In this document: piece by piece, positions 38,864-49,187 of the stretch
Layout: each line of letters starts with the position of its first letter
How positions within the stretch are numbered: position 1 is the stretch's first letter
NCBI GenBank assembly: GCA_038212275.1
Contig: JBBQUR010000020.1
Location: 1-64,000 of the forward strand
Length of the DNA: 64,000 bases
Reading direction: 5' to 3'
From: Planctomycetota bacterium
GTDB lineage: Bacteria; Planctomycetota; B15-G4
Notes under the pieces: generated by a model
The model's database searches: none
Told to the model about the DNA's origin: nothing
What the model saw: only the letters and a program-made list of their open reading frames with translations
Translations under genes and position numbers: made by a program

Positions 38864-39325
38864 TCAGCGCGGGCCGGCTTCGCGGTTGTCCTGCTCCAGC
38901 CGCTCGACATCCGCCAGATCCTGGAGTCGGCCCGCGGCGCGCTTGTTCGTGATGAGGTGCCGGCGGGAGAGCACGGCGACCGGCACGCTCCCGAAGCTGG
39001 TCATGACTCTTTCCGGCCATGCTGTCGCGAAGTCGATGCCATCGATGTCGGTGATGACATCGATGCGCAGAGGCGGCACGCCGATCTGGAAGATCAGACC
39101 GGGACGCGAGAGATCGCTCTGCGAGAGTCCCTGGATCGGGGCGCCGAAGTCGGCGAGTGCCCGCAACACGCGACCGGCATTCTCCTGATCCGGTCGAACC
39201 CAGACATCGAGGTCCTTCGTCGCACGGACATGGCCGTGCGCTGCGAGCGCATGTGCGCCGACAATCAGGTAGTCAACGCGCTGCGCGTTGAACGCTGACA
39301 ACAGATCGCTGAAGTCGCGGTTCAT
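38864..39325 (-). CDS. Minimal nucleotidyltransferase (DUF6036-like)
   Basis: YLIVGAHALAAHGHVRATKDLDVWV (G..A...DxD); LITNKRAAGRLQDLADV. Confidence 0.85.
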   Translation of the reverse strand: MNRDFSDLLSAFNAQRVDYLIVGAHALAAHGHVRATKDLDVWVRPDQENAGRVLRALADFGAPIQGLSQSDLSRPGLIFQIGVPPLRIDVITDIDGIDFATAWPERVMTSFGSVPVAVLSRRHLITNKRAAGRLQDLADVERLEQDNREAGPR

Positions 39326-39488
39326 CGCAGGATTCGAGCCCCCAGGAATTGCACAGCTGCGTCAGCATCCAGACAGCCTCGATCCGTTCTTCCATGGAAG
39401 CGTCCGCCCAGCTGTCGTCGGCCGGCCGGAGATCTCCGCGGCGCAGGACGCGGACGGTCACCGTGCGGCGTGAATCGCGATCCGTCAT
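39273..39488 (-). CDS. Small partner protein of the nucleotidyltransferase (putative antitoxin-like)
   Basis: 71 aa; W...S.EERI.AVW.L...PRLQRSV; overlaps the NTase start by 53 bp. Confidence 0.7.
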   Translation of the reverse strand: MTDRDSRRTVTVRVLRRGDLRPADDSWADASMEERIEAVWMLTQLCNSWGLESCDEPRLQRSVVSVQRAAR

Positions 39489-39584
39489 GGCGCAAGTCTA
39501 ACATGGCCAGGTCTGCATGCGCGCAGCGCCACCGGCGCACCGGCGCCTCTCCCGGCCTCCGCGCTTCCCGCGGAAGCGTCTCCG

Positions 39585-40994
39585 TCAGCGCCGGGCCTTC
39601 GCGATGCGCTCCACCTGCTCGAGGTAGCGTGCGACGTCCTCGTTGGGCTTCAGTTCCTGCGCGCGGCGCAGCAGCGGGACCGCGTCGGCATAACGGCCGA
39701 GACCGACGAGCACCCGCGCGTGGTAGATCCGCGCCTTGACCTCGAATTTCTCCAGGCTCTCGGCGCGCTCGTAGTAGAACATCGAGCGGTCGGGCTCGTT
39801 CGCGCTCGAGTAGTGCTGGCCGAGCAGCATGAGCACCTCGCCATCGAGCGGATCGAGCGCCAGGATCTCCTCGAGCACGTGGGCGGTCTCCGCGCTGCCG
39901 GGGCCGTCGGCCATGCTGATGCGCGCCTCGAGCTTGAGCAGCCGGCTCTTTTCGGCGTCGTCCAGACGCGCCTGCCAGGACGAGCGCATGCGGGCGGCCA
40001 CGAGCCAGGCCTGGGACAGCGCGCCGCGGGTCGCCAGCGCCTCCGCCGAGCTCATCGAGCGCGCGACCGGCTGTTCGGGATCCAGGTCGATGGCCCGCAG
40101 GTAGGCATTCACCGCGAGGTCCATGAGGTTCTCGCTGATGTAGATGTCGCCGAGCATGTAGAGGCTGTCCACCGTCGACTTGCCGAGGATGTCCATCGAC
40201 TCGAGATTCTCGGCGGCGCGGATCGGCTGCTTCATGCCCAGGAAGGTGTTCGCCTGCAGCAGCCAGAACTTGGCGTTGTCCGGGTAGCGCACAATGAGCA
40301 CGTCGAGCAGCGTGGCCGCGTCCTCGTACTTCTTCTGCTTGAAGGCGCAGGTCGTGAGGCCCAGGCGCCAGTCGGTGCTCTCCGGCTGCAGCAGCAGCGC
40401 GTTGCGGAAGGCCGCTTCGGCCGCCTGGTAATCCTGCTTGGCGGAGTAGACGGACCCGAGCAGGCCGTAGGAATAACCGTCGCCGCCGCCCAGCTCGATC
40501 ATGCGCGTGAAGGCGGTGATCGCCTCGTCGTTGCGCCCGTCACGGGCATGGATGAGGCCGAGGTTGCGCCACGCGCGCCGGAAGCTCGGGAACTTCTCCA
40601 CGGCCCGCGTGTAGTTGGCCAGCGCGTCGGCCATGCGGTCCTGCTGGAACTGGATGCTGCCCAGCGTGAAGTCCAGCATCGCGGAGCCGTCGGGCTTCAT
40701 CTTCTTGATGAGCAGGGCCTCGGCGCCGGGCAGGTCGTCCGCCATGAGCGGCCGCACCGCCTCGAGGAGCTTGACCTCGTCGGGCGTGACGCGCGGCTCG
40801 ATCTCCGCGTTGATACCGTACGTGCCGATGAACTGCTTCTGGAAGGTCGGGTCCTTCCAGATCGCCGCGATGTCGTCCTTGTCGTCCGCGCGGCAGGTGC
40901 CGGCCAGGGAGGCCAGGGCGAGCAGGGTTGCGGAGGCCGCGAGCGAAGCGCGGGTCGCGAAGCTGGAACGGTGCATGAGCGTCGGCATGTGCAT
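39585..40994 (-). CDS. Exported TPR protein of the TonB cluster
   Basis: Signal peptide; multiple TPR repeats; directly downstream of tonB. Confidence 0.85.
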   Translation of the reverse strand: MHMPTLMHRSSFATRASLAASATLLALASLAGTCRADDKDDIAAIWKDPTFQKQFIGTYGINAEIEPRVTPDEVKLLEAVRPLMADDLPGAEALLIKKMKPDGSAMLDFTLGSIQFQQDRMADALANYTRAVEKFPSFRRAWRNLGLIHARDGRNDEAITAFTRMIELGGGDGYSYGLLGSVYSAKQDYQAAEAAFRNALLLQPESTDWRLGLTTCAFKQKKYEDAATLLDVLIVRYPDNAKFWLLQANTFLGMKQPIRAAENLESMDILGKSTVDSLYMLGDIYISENLMDLAVNAYLRAIDLDPEQPVARSMSSAEALATRGALSQAWLVAARMRSSWQARLDDAEKSRLLKLEARISMADGPGSAETAHVLEEILALDPLDGEVLMLLGQHYSSANEPDRSMFYYERAESLEKFEVKARIYHARVLVGLGRYADAVPLLRRAQELKPNEDVARYLEQVERIAKARR

Positions 40995-40999
40995 GGGTT

Positions 41000-41731
41000 T
41001 CAACTCGGTGGAAAGCGGACCGACACGCGCATCTTGCAGGGGACGCGCTGGCCGGCCTTGATGGCTGGTTCGAACTTCCAATTCTTCACGGCGTCGAGCG
41101 CCGGTTTCTCGAAGGCAACGCCGTTGGACTTGTCGATGCGCGGGTTCTCGACCTTGCCGTTGCTGTCGACGACGAAGAGCACGGACACGACGCCCTCGAT
41201 CTTCTTGCCGCGCATCGACGAGGGAAACGTGGCCGCGGCCTGGTAGACGACGCGCGGCTGCTGATCGATTTCCGTGAGGCTGAAGGCGCTCTCCACGGCC
41301 TCGCCGACGACGCCGGCCTTGCCGGTGCCGCCGATGCGCCCGCCCGACGCGAAGTCGAGCGAGTCGGCGCCGAAGCCGGCATTGCCGCCGGCCGACTGGC
41401 CGGAGAGCGCCGCCTCGATCGCGCTGAGGCTCGCCGCTTCCAGCTCCGGCATGCTGGCGGCCGCGGAGACCTCCATGTTGCGGATCATCTCGGCCGAGTC
41501 GGGAGCCTCCTCGGCGTCGGCCTTCAGTTCGTCTTCGTCCAGGGCCCGGTCCGCGGTCTGCTCGTCGGGCTTCTTCTCGTCGGTCGCCGCGTCGTCATCG
41601 CTCATCAGCTCCACCACGGTGTGCGTGGCGGGTCCCTTGTCGTCGTGCATGAAGAAGATCCCGCCGAAGAGCAGGACCGCGACGTGCAGCACGACGGCGC
41701 AGAGAATGCCGAGCGCGAGTCCGAACTTCAT
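41000..41731 (-). CDS. tonB: TonB family energy transducer
   Basis: N-terminal TM with VVLHV; C-terminal IEGVVSVLFVVDSNGKV...FEKPALDAVKNWKFEPA. Confidence 0.9.
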   Translation of the reverse strand: MKFGLALGILCAVVLHVAVLLFGGIFFMHDDKGPATHTVVELMSDDDAATDEKKPDEQTADRALDEDELKADAEEAPDSAEMIRNMEVSAAASMPELEAASLSAIEAALSGQSAGGNAGFGADSLDFASGGRIGGTGKAGVVGEAVESAFSLTEIDQQPRVVYQAAATFPSSMRGKKIEGVVSVLFVVDSNGKVENPRIDKSNGVAFEKPALDAVKNWKFEPAIKAGQRVPCKMRVSVRFPPS

Positions 41732-42156
41732 TTCTTGTCCGTGTTGATGCCGACCTTGGCGATGCCGCTCTTGCGCGCCTCATCGAGGACGGCGACCACG
41801 TGCTTGAAGTCGGCGCCGGCATCGCCGTTGATCAGCACCTTTGGGTCCTTGTTCGTGGACTTCAGCGTCGCCAGCTTGATGGGAAGCTGCGCGAGCGTGA
41901 TCTTCTCCTTGTTGTAGAAGACCTCGCCCTTCGCGTTGATGCTGAGCGTGACGGCCTTGTCCATCTCGGCCTGGGTTCCCAGGGACGCCGCCGTGCTCGC
42001 ACCCGGAAGCGGCACCTGGATGCCCTGATTCTTCGTCATCGACAGCGACACCATCACGAAGGTCGCGAGCAGGAAGAAGATGATGTCGATGAGCGGGATG
42101 ATCTCGAGCCGCGCCTTCTTGACGCCTCCCGCGCTGCCGCCTCCTCCGCCGTGCAT
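41728..42156 (-). CDS. exbD: ExbD/TolR biopolymer transporter
   Basis: IIPLIDIIFFLLATFVMVS with the conserved TM Asp; INGD...V.VLD. Confidence 0.93.
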   Translation of the reverse strand: MHGGGGGSAGGVKKARLEIIPLIDIIFFLLATFVMVSLSMTKNQGIQVPLPGASTAASLGTQAEMDKAVTLSINAKGEVFYNKEKITLAQLPIKLATLKSTNKDPKVLINGDAGADFKHVVAVLDEARKSGIAKVGINTDKK

Positions 42157-42157
42157 C

Positions 42158-43609
42158 TCAGTGACTCCCAGCCAGCTGCGGGCGTGGCGCGGGAGGCGCC
42201 GGCGGCGTGGCCCGGGGAAGCGCCTCGCTCCCGGGCTGCAGCAGCAGTTCGAGCTGGGTGGCGGCCGACTCGATCTCGGCGCGCGCCTCCTCGAGCTTGG
42301 TGTTGAGGATGTTGAACGGGATGAGCGACGTGATCGCGATGCCGAGACCGAAGGCCGTCGCGATGAGCGCTTCCGCGATGCCGCCCGTGATCGCGCCCGG
42401 CGCGCTGAGGTCGCCGCCGATGAGCGCGAAGGACGCCATCATGCCGGTCACCGTGCCGAGCAGGCCGAGCAGCGGCGCGAGCGTGATGACGGTGTCGAGG
42501 ATCGGGATGCCGCGCCGGAAGCGCTTGAGCTCCGCGGCCTGGGCGTAGAGCACGGCGTTGGCCAGCGAGCCCTCCTTGTGGGACAGCGCGTAGGCCAGCG
42601 TGCGCACCACGTAGAACTTCGACTCGTTGCCGATGCGGATCGCCGCGTCCATGTCACCCCGTCCGGCGGCGGCGAAGAAGCTCTCCATCGCCTTCGGGTC
42701 GCGCTTGCGGCGCGTGCCGAGCAGGAAGATGACGCGCTCGATGACCACGCCCAGCGCGATGATCGAGCAGATGAGCAGCGGCCACATGATGGGACCGCCC
42801 TTCTCGAAGATGTGGATGAGGTTGGTCTTCTGGACCAGCTCCTTCAGCGCGCCGCCGCGCGACGGGTCGAGCGGCAGCGAGCCCGTGCCGCTCTCCACGA
42901 GGCCGGCAAGTCCCGCCTGCATCTGTCCCTCGAGCGGCCGGATGAGCGGCTTGGTCGACCCGGACTGCGGGATGACGAGGCCGGCCATGCCCGTCGTCGC
43001 ACGGAAGAGCGCGACCGGGCCGATGAGCGCGAACTGTCCGTCCACCACCGCGCCGGTCAGGTCCACGCCGACGCCCGGAAAGCGCATGCCGCCGATGGCG
43101 TCGAAGAGCCGCTTCAGCGAGACGTCCACGAAGCTCGCCTGACGCGAGAAGCGCTCCGGCGGGGTGAGCGTCGTGTTCTCGGTGGCCTGCTTCGCGGTCT
43201 CGATCGCCTCGCCGCAGTACTGCAGTTCGCTGATGTTCACCTTGGACTCGAAGGTCCGCGCGTACTCGTCGAGCAGGTTGGCGATGTAGGACTGCTCGTC
43301 CTCGCGCGCCTTCATCTCGGCCTTGATCGTGGGAAGCTCGAGATTGCTCGAGTCGATGAGGCGCGAAACCTTGTCGTAGTCCTTGCGCAGCTGGCCGAGC
43401 TGCTCCTCGAGCCGGGTCAGCTCCTGCGCGAGCGGGAGCTTCTCGTTGGCGATGGTGTCACGCAGCGCGTTGAGCGCCGCCGTGCTCGTCGCAAGCTCCT
43501 GCGTCGCGGAACGCGAGACCTGCCCGAGCGTGTCGGAGGAAGCCGCGTCCTGGGCGCGGCTACCCGCCGCAAGGACGAGGATGACGAAGAGGCTGCTGAG
43601 AGTCTTCAT
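42158..43609 (-). CDS. exbB: ExbB/MotA/TolQ proton channel with long periplasmic N-terminal extension
   Basis: KGGPIMWPL, TLAPLLGLLGTVTGMM, GGIAEALIATAFGL; N-terminal signal peptide and coiled coil. Confidence 0.9.
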   Translation of the reverse strand: MKTLSSLFVILVLAAGSRAQDAASSDTLGQVSRSATQELATSTAALNALRDTIANEKLPLAQELTRLEEQLGQLRKDYDKVSRLIDSSNLELPTIKAEMKAREDEQSYIANLLDEYARTFESKVNISELQYCGEAIETAKQATENTTLTPPERFSRQASFVDVSLKRLFDAIGGMRFPGVGVDLTGAVVDGQFALIGPVALFRATTGMAGLVIPQSGSTKPLIRPLEGQMQAGLAGLVESGTGSLPLDPSRGGALKELVQKTNLIHIFEKGGPIMWPLLICSIIALGVVIERVIFLLGTRRKRDPKAMESFFAAAGRGDMDAAIRIGNESKFYVVRTLAYALSHKEGSLANAVLYAQAAELKRFRRGIPILDTVITLAPLLGLLGTVTGMMASFALIGGDLSAPGAITGGIAEALIATAFGLGIAITSLIPFNILNTKLEEARAEIESAATQLELLLQPGSEALPRATPPAPPAPRPQLAGSH

Positions 43610-44487
43610 TGGATGGTCACCGGAAGCGGCACGAAGGCCGGGGAGTGCTTGCCCTGGAGGATGTCGAATGCCATGAGGACGTCGCCGGCAATGGAGTTGG
43701 AGGATTCCCAGACCCAGCCGTCGGGCGTCGGCTTTCCGATGCCGGCCTCGCCGCCCGCGCTCACGTAGTAGGCCTGCGCGAGTCCGACGTACATGACCTG
43801 CACCTCGGCCGGCCTGCCGTCGGAGAGGTTGCGCACCTCGAAGGCCACGGTGATTTCACTGTTGGCCTTGTTGACCTCGTTGAGGATGCCGAGCACGTTC
43901 TGGAAGCGCTCGGCGGCGGAGACGTTCGTCTTCGTCGGGTCCTCGGGGACGCGCTGGTACAGCGGCTGCAGCCGCGTGGCGATCGGCTCGGGCAGCGTCT
44001 TGAACAGCTTGCGCACCTCGGCTTCCATGCCGGCCACGGCTTCGTTGAGCTGTGCATTCGCCGCCTTGAGCCTGTCGTTCTCCGCGACGAGCTCGCCGCG
44101 CTTGCGGTCGGCCTCGACGACGCCGGCCTGCGCCTCGCCGATCTTCGACTGCAGGCTGGCGATCTCGTTCTTCACGAGCTCGAGGCGGCCGAGCAGGATC
44201 TCCTTGCCCTGCTGCCAGTCCTTGCTCTCGCGCGAGATGATCTGCTGCGTCTCGATCCACTTGTCCATCGTGAGGCGCGTCTCGTCGAGCGTCTGCGAAC
44301 CGCCGGCATCCTGCGCGACGGTCTCGTCGGGGCCGGGGCGCGCACCGGCCGACAGCAGGCCGATGGCGCCTGCCAGCACGAGCGAGCCGACCGTCCGCCG
44401 GCGGCGCACGAGCCCTGACGAACGCTCGCCGCATCGCGCTCGCTGCGCTGCGGGGCTCTGCTGTCTGGGTGCTTTCACTGGATTCAT
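43606..44487 (-). CDS. DUF3450 family coiled-coil protein
   Basis: Coiled coil followed by S.AERF..L, G....V...YVGLAQAYYVS, W.W, P.FV.LP; context of TonB clusters. Confidence 0.8.
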   Translation of the reverse strand: MNPVKAPRQQSPAAQRARCGERSSGLVRRRRTVGSLVLAGAIGLLSAGARPGPDETVAQDAGGSQTLDETRLTMDKWIETQQIISRESKDWQQGKEILLGRLELVKNEIASLQSKIGEAQAGVVEADRKRGELVAENDRLKAANAQLNEAVAGMEAEVRKLFKTLPEPIATRLQPLYQRVPEDPTKTNVSAAERFQNVLGILNEVNKANSEITVAFEVRNLSDGRPAEVQVMYVGLAQAYYVSAGGEAGIGKPTPDGWVWESSNSIAGDVLMAFDILQGKHSPAFVPLPVTIQ

Positions 44488-44525
44488 CTCCCGTTTGCCT
44501 TTCTGGATCTCATGGCCGCGCGCTC

Positions 44526-47500
44526 CTAGAACCTCACGCTCAGGCCGATCGAAAACTCCCGGCCGAGCGTGTAACTGGACCTCAGGGTCTCGCCGTCGGT
44601 GCCCTGTCCGCCGTAGACCGTCTCGATCGCCTCGTTGGTGAGATTCTTCGCCTGGAAGGTCACCTTCGTCTGCTCGGTGACTTCCTGCGACACGCTCAGG
44701 TTGAGCGTCCCGTACTCCTTGGCGTACACGCTCGGCACGAAGTTGCCGTTCGACTGCCCCGCGCCGGCGATGAGCGTGTCGCCCTTGATCGTGTAGAAGA
44801 GCGCGAACTGCGTGCCCGTGCTCTCCACGTCGTAGGTGACATAGAGGTTGTAGAGGTGATCGGGGGCGTTGGTCGCGTCGCGCGACGTGATCGGCACGTC
44901 GATCGCCGGCGCAGCGAAGGCCGCAGCCTCGGAGGCCGGCAGCGTCACCTCGGAGTTGATGAACGTCGCGTTCGCGCCGACCGAGAGGCCGTCGAGGTCC
45001 TCCGTGTAGTTTCCCAGCGCCTGCCGCACCTCGAACTCGAAGCCGTTCAGGTTGCCATCCGGGTAGTTCTCGGGCGTCGTGTAGTCGAAGCCGACGATCT
45101 TCTGCACGTTCTCGATCGGGCCCTTGATGTCCTTGTTGAACCAGGACGCGGAGTAGAGCTCGCCGTTGCGGGGCACATAGTCGAGACGCAGGTCGTCGTT
45201 CGTGAGCTCGGCCGTCTGCAGGTCCGGGTTGCCGATGAACACCGGTCCGCCGAGGAACTCCTGCTGCACGATCGGCGTGAGCTCCTTGAAGGTCTGGCGC
45301 GCGATGGTCTGGCTGTACGAGGCGCGCAGCGTCCACTCCTCGGTGAACCTGTAGACCAGGCCGAGCGACGGCAGCAGGTCGTCCTGGCTGAAGTCCACGT
45401 CGGCGTCGCCGGGGTTCAGCTTCACCGGTGCGGTGGCGCCCGGCGGGAACCAGACCGCATCCGCCTCGGGCTGGTTGATGATGCTGATCTGCGTCGACTC
45501 GTAGCGCGCGCCGCCGATGATGTTCAGCTTCGACGTGACCGGCAGGTCGACCATGCCGTACTCGGCCGTGATGTCCTGCTTGCCCTTGTAGTCCACGTCG
45601 GTATTCGACGCGTTGATGGGGTGATCCTCGCTCGGGAACACCACGCTCCACGGGTCGTCCCACCCGCCGAGATAGAAGGACCCCGAGTCGCCGAAGTTGC
45701 TGAAGGTCTCCTGGTCGAACGTGCGCTTCACGCGGTCGGCGAAGTAGCCGAACTTGAAGTAGCCCTCGTGGCCGTCCCATTGCTGGAAGGGCAGCTTGAG
45801 GTTCAGCGCGCCCTGCTTGCTGTGCTCGTCGATGGTCTTGTAGATGCGCTGGAGGTTGCCGAGGTTGAAGTTGGCGCCGGGCTTGTAGGGCAGCCACGTC
45901 TCCGGCGTGGTGAAGGGCGGCACGAAGGGCGGGAAGCCCGGGTTCTGGGATTCGGGCAGCCAGATCGCGCCGAACTGCCGCTTGTCGGGCTCGTCCAGGC
46001 TGGAGTCGCTGTCCGACAGGGTCCAGTCCACTTCGGGCGCGCTGAAGTCGAACAGCGTGCCGAGCGAGAAGTCCTCCATCGGCAGCACGTGCGTGCCGTT
46101 GAGCTGCAGCGTGCCGGTCTCGCGTTCGGCGTAGTCGAGCGTGTCGGTGCGGATGTAGGGCGCCGCGTTCAGGTTGCCGGGCTGGTTGCCCTCGCTGCTC
46201 GGATCGTCCGGGTTGTAGCCCGGGAAGAAGTATTTCTTGCCGTTCGTGTCCTCGGCGAGCGTGGCCGTGGAGACCGTCTCGCGCGTGTAGAGGTACGTCA
46301 GGCCGAGCGAGTTGTTCTCGTTCTCGATGCCCAGCGTGCCGAGCCCGCCCCAGTTGATGGACTCCGTGCTCTCGGTCACGTCGAAGAGCGCCGTCTTGAA
46401 GTCGCCGTCCGACGGCGTGCCCTGGTTGGTCTTGGGTGTCAGCGGATTGCCGGGCGCGGTGCGCCAGTAGGAGTTGTCCTTACCGTCGTCGAAGAAGGAG
46501 CTGTCCTGCTCGTAGAAGCCGGTCACGAGTCCGCCGACGGTCCAGCCGTTCTCGAGGTCGTGCTTGCCGCCCGCGGTCGCGGACCACTTGTAGTCGATGG
46601 GCGCATTGCCCTTCGTCACGCCGGTGGCGCCCGTCCAGCTCTTGCCGATGTTGTCGTACTGGATGCCCTTGCCGTCGGTGTCGCCGGGAAAGTGGACGCC
46701 GCCGCCGTCGTAGGAAATGAAGTCGTCGTTGCCGGTCACCTGCGAGTTGCCGCTGACCTGCGTGTTGATCTGGAAGATGGTCTCGTCGGGGATCGACTTC
46801 AGGCGCACGTCCACGGCCCCGCCCGAGGCGTCTCCCTGCTGGTCCGGCGTGAAGGTCTTGGTGACCTGGATGCTCTCGATCACCGCCGCGGGGAAGAGGT
46901 CCAGCTCGACGGCGCGCGTGTTCTCGTCCGCCGACGGCAGCCGCACGCCGTTCACCTGCGAGCTCACGTAGCGATCGGGCAGGCCGCGGATCACCGCGAA
47001 CTTGCCGTCCTGGATGGAGGCGCCCGAGACGAGCTTCAGCGCGCTGGCCGCATCACCCGCGCCGGCGCGGCTGATGAAGTCCGAGCTGATCGAATCCAGC
47101 ACGGAAGAGCTCTCGAAGCGCAGGCCGAGCAGTGCCGCTTCCGTCCCCGTGCCTCCCTGCAGGATGTCCTGCACCACGAACTCGTCCATGTCCGTGAACT
47201 CGCCGGGCAGTTCCGCCTCCACGTCGGTGAGCTGGCCGGCCAGCACGATCACGTCGGGTCGCACGACCCTCACGTAGCCTTCCTTGAAGAAGACGACCGT
47301 GTACTTGCCCGCCGGCACTCCGCTCAGGACGAAGCTGCCCTCGGCCGTGGTGTTGGTCCGCTGGCTGGTCTCCACGATGAGCACCTGCGCGGCGGCGAGT
47401 GGCGTGCCGAAGTCCTTGTCGCGCACGGCTCCGCGGATCGAACCCGCAGGCTGCTGCTGCGCTATCGCTCCCATGCCGATGATCAGCATGGCGGCGGCCA

Positions 47501-47531
47501 CCAACATGAAGCGCAGACCGAAGGCGACCAC
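44526..47531 (-). CDS. TonB-dependent outer-membrane receptor with N-terminal carboxypeptidase-regulatory-like domain
   Basis: Plug motifs AGAGDAASALK, VIRGLPDRY, LDLFP, V.KTFTPD..GDASGG; GNPDL; AKNLTN; C-terminal Phe. Confidence 0.95.
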   Translation of the reverse strand: MVAFGLRFMLVAAAMLIIGMGAIAQQQPAGSIRGAVRDKDFGTPLAAAQVLIVETSQRTNTTAEGSFVLSGVPAGKYTVVFFKEGYVRVVRPDVIVLAGQLTDVEAELPGEFTDMDEFVVQDILQGGTGTEAALLGLRFESSSVLDSISSDFISRAGAGDAASALKLVSGASIQDGKFAVIRGLPDRYVSSQVNGVRLPSADENTRAVELDLFPAAVIESIQVTKTFTPDQQGDASGGAVDVRLKSIPDETIFQINTQVSGNSQVTGNDDFISYDGGGVHFPGDTDGKGIQYDNIGKSWTGATGVTKGNAPIDYKWSATAGGKHDLENGWTVGGLVTGFYEQDSSFFDDGKDNSYWRTAPGNPLTPKTNQGTPSDGDFKTALFDVTESTESINWGGLGTLGIENENNSLGLTYLYTRETVSTATLAEDTNGKKYFFPGYNPDDPSSEGNQPGNLNAAPYIRTDTLDYAERETGTLQLNGTHVLPMEDFSLGTLFDFSAPEVDWTLSDSDSSLDEPDKRQFGAIWLPESQNPGFPPFVPPFTTPETWLPYKPGANFNLGNLQRIYKTIDEHSKQGALNLKLPFQQWDGHEGYFKFGYFADRVKRTFDQETFSNFGDSGSFYLGGWDDPWSVVFPSEDHPINASNTDVDYKGKQDITAEYGMVDLPVTSKLNIIGGARYESTQISIINQPEADAVWFPPGATAPVKLNPGDADVDFSQDDLLPSLGLVYRFTEEWTLRASYSQTIARQTFKELTPIVQQEFLGGPVFIGNPDLQTAELTNDDLRLDYVPRNGELYSASWFNKDIKGPIENVQKIVGFDYTTPENYPDGNLNGFEFEVRQALGNYTEDLDGLSVGANATFINSEVTLPASEAAAFAAPAIDVPITSRDATNAPDHLYNLYVTYDVESTGTQFALFYTIKGDTLIAGAGQSNGNFVPSVYAKEYGTLNLSVSQEVTEQTKVTFQAKNLTNEAIETVYGGQGTDGETLRSSYTLGREFSIGLSVRF

Positions 47532-47661
47532 GAGCGGACCGTTTTCTCCTTGGGGTGTCGAATCCGCGGGAGCGTAGGAATCGCTTTGCAGGACGAAGTG
47601 AACGCTGCGTGGGGATCGCGTGAAGGCGATTCTCGCGCGATCACACAGGAGACCGGGGCCT

Positions 47662-47679
47662 GTGAAGATTCAGGGAAGA
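47662..47679 (-). promoter_or_regulatory. Pho-box-like direct repeat (TCTTCCC-tgaa-TCTTCAC)
   Basis: 11-bp period, about 130 bp upstream of the TBDR start. Confidence 0.45.
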
Positions 47680-47710
47680 TCCGACAGGCACGCGCGATGC
47701 CCGGCGGTCT

Positions 47711-49018
47711 TCACCACGGAGCGCGCAAGGCTTCCCGGAGTTGCGCGAGCCTGGCGAGCAGCTCCGGCCCGGGCTCCACCGCATGCACGGCCATCGAGCA
47801 GCACGTGGCCGAGAGGTCCTCCGCGCGTGGCCGTGCATTGGGATTCACGGCGCCCGCTTCGACCGCCCGGACGTAGATGGCTCGCGCGGTGTCCGTGTCC
47901 CCCATCGACTGGTACGCCTCGGCGATCGGGCGAAGCGCACCGGCGCGCGAGATGTCCGGGATGCGCACGAGCTCCGCATCGAAGAGCGCCAGCGCGGCGG
48001 CAAGGCTGGCGCGGGCCGGTTCGGCCTCGCCGGCGCGGGCGCGCGACTCGGCGACCGTTGCCACCAGCCGGATGCGGTCCTCGGGCAGCCAGGTCTGGCC
48101 GTCGACGATCTGCTGCACCTCGTCCAGAAGGGCGCGCGCGCCGTCGGTGTCACCGTGCTCCACCGCGACATCCGCCAGGTCCAGCATGAGCTGCAGGCCG
48201 ATGGCGACCGGCAGCTTCTTCGCCGAGGCGACGATGCGCTGCTTGAGCTGCGCACGCCGGCCTTCCTGCGCGTAGTCGCGGTCGAAGAGCCGCGAGCAGG
48301 TGACGAGTGCGTTGCGCACGCCGTCGAAGCCGCCCGTGGCCAGCTCGGCGTCCAGCTCGGCGAGCTGCTCGTCGAAGCGGTCGCCGTCCACGAGCAAGGC
48401 CTGCGCCGCCTCCCATTCGCAGGACTCGGCAGCGGCGATGTCCGTCGCGAACGACGCGGCGCGATCCGACTGGCCAAGGACGAGGCACGTCCGGGCGATC
48501 TTCGCCCTGATGCGGTCACGCCGCCAGGCCTGTCCGGTGCCGCCGTCCTCGCTGCCGCTCTCCTCGCTCTCCGAGCATTCGCGGGCGCGGCTCAGCGCCT
48601 GCTCGGCCCCCGCGGCGTCACCCTGCTGCGCGAGATGCAGCGCGAGGTCGGCCCAGCAGGTGCCGCGCCTCCAGTTGTCGATCTTCTCGATGCAGGCGAT
48701 GGCGAGCTGCGGCCGGTCCAGCTGCAGGCATGCGGCCACGACGGCTTCCTGGGCCCGCGAGCGATCCTTGAGGTGCGGCTCGACGGGGATGGCGGACGAC
48801 GCGCCGATCGCCATGTCGAGCAGCGAAGCGGTCAGGTCCGGCTGCGCTGCACTCGATGACGAGAGGGACGCGGAGTCCGCAGCCGGCACGGTCTCGCCGT
48901 CGGCGGGGCTCGGGCCGGCGGCGCGCGAGTCCGAGCATGCGCTGCCCGTCGCGAGAATCACGCAGGCCGTCGCGAACAGTGCGGCCGTGCGGAGGAAGTT
49001 GCCGGTTGCCGGAATCAT
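47711..49018 (-). CDS. Alpha-helical (TPR-like) lipoprotein
   Basis: Lipobox-like GSAC; helical repeats; lies inside the TonB cluster. Confidence 0.7.
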   Translation of the reverse strand: MIPATGNFLRTAALFATACVILATGSACSDSRAAGPSPADGETVPAADSASLSSSSAAQPDLTASLLDMAIGASSAIPVEPHLKDRSRAQEAVVAACLQLDRPQLAIACIEKIDNWRRGTCWADLALHLAQQGDAAGAEQALSRARECSESEESGSEDGGTGQAWRRDRIRAKIARTCLVLGQSDRAASFATDIAAAESCEWEAAQALLVDGDRFDEQLAELDAELATGGFDGVRNALVTCSRLFDRDYAQEGRRAQLKQRIVASAKKLPVAIGLQLMLDLADVAVEHGDTDGARALLDEVQQIVDGQTWLPEDRIRLVATVAESRARAGEAEPARASLAAALALFDAELVRIPDISRAGALRPIAEAYQSMGDTDTARAIYVRAVEAGAVNPNARPRAEDLSATCCSMAVHAVEPGPELLARLAQLREALRAPW

Positions 49019-49187
49019 CTGTCAGCCCCGTGGGGAGGAATCATCGCGTGGAGGTTCGAAGTGGTCAGTCTTGTCGAGGGCCGGCCCGTGCAGGCGCCGG
49101 CGCGATGCATCGCATCGGAGCACCCCGGGCGGCCTCCGCCCGGCCGAAGCCGGACGAAGACCGCCTGGAGCGAACGCGTGGCACTGC

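Noticed and set aside
44488..45897. N-terminal extension of the 763-aa ORF 43606-45897
   Set aside because: It overlaps the TBDR in another frame; the DUF3450 gene starts at about 44487.
44469..47876. 1135-aa plus-strand ORF, and similar long antisense ORFs (22455-25469, 48300-51128, 57430-60273, 14065-16602)
   Set aside because: They are antisense to genes with clear motifs and carry no recognisable domains.
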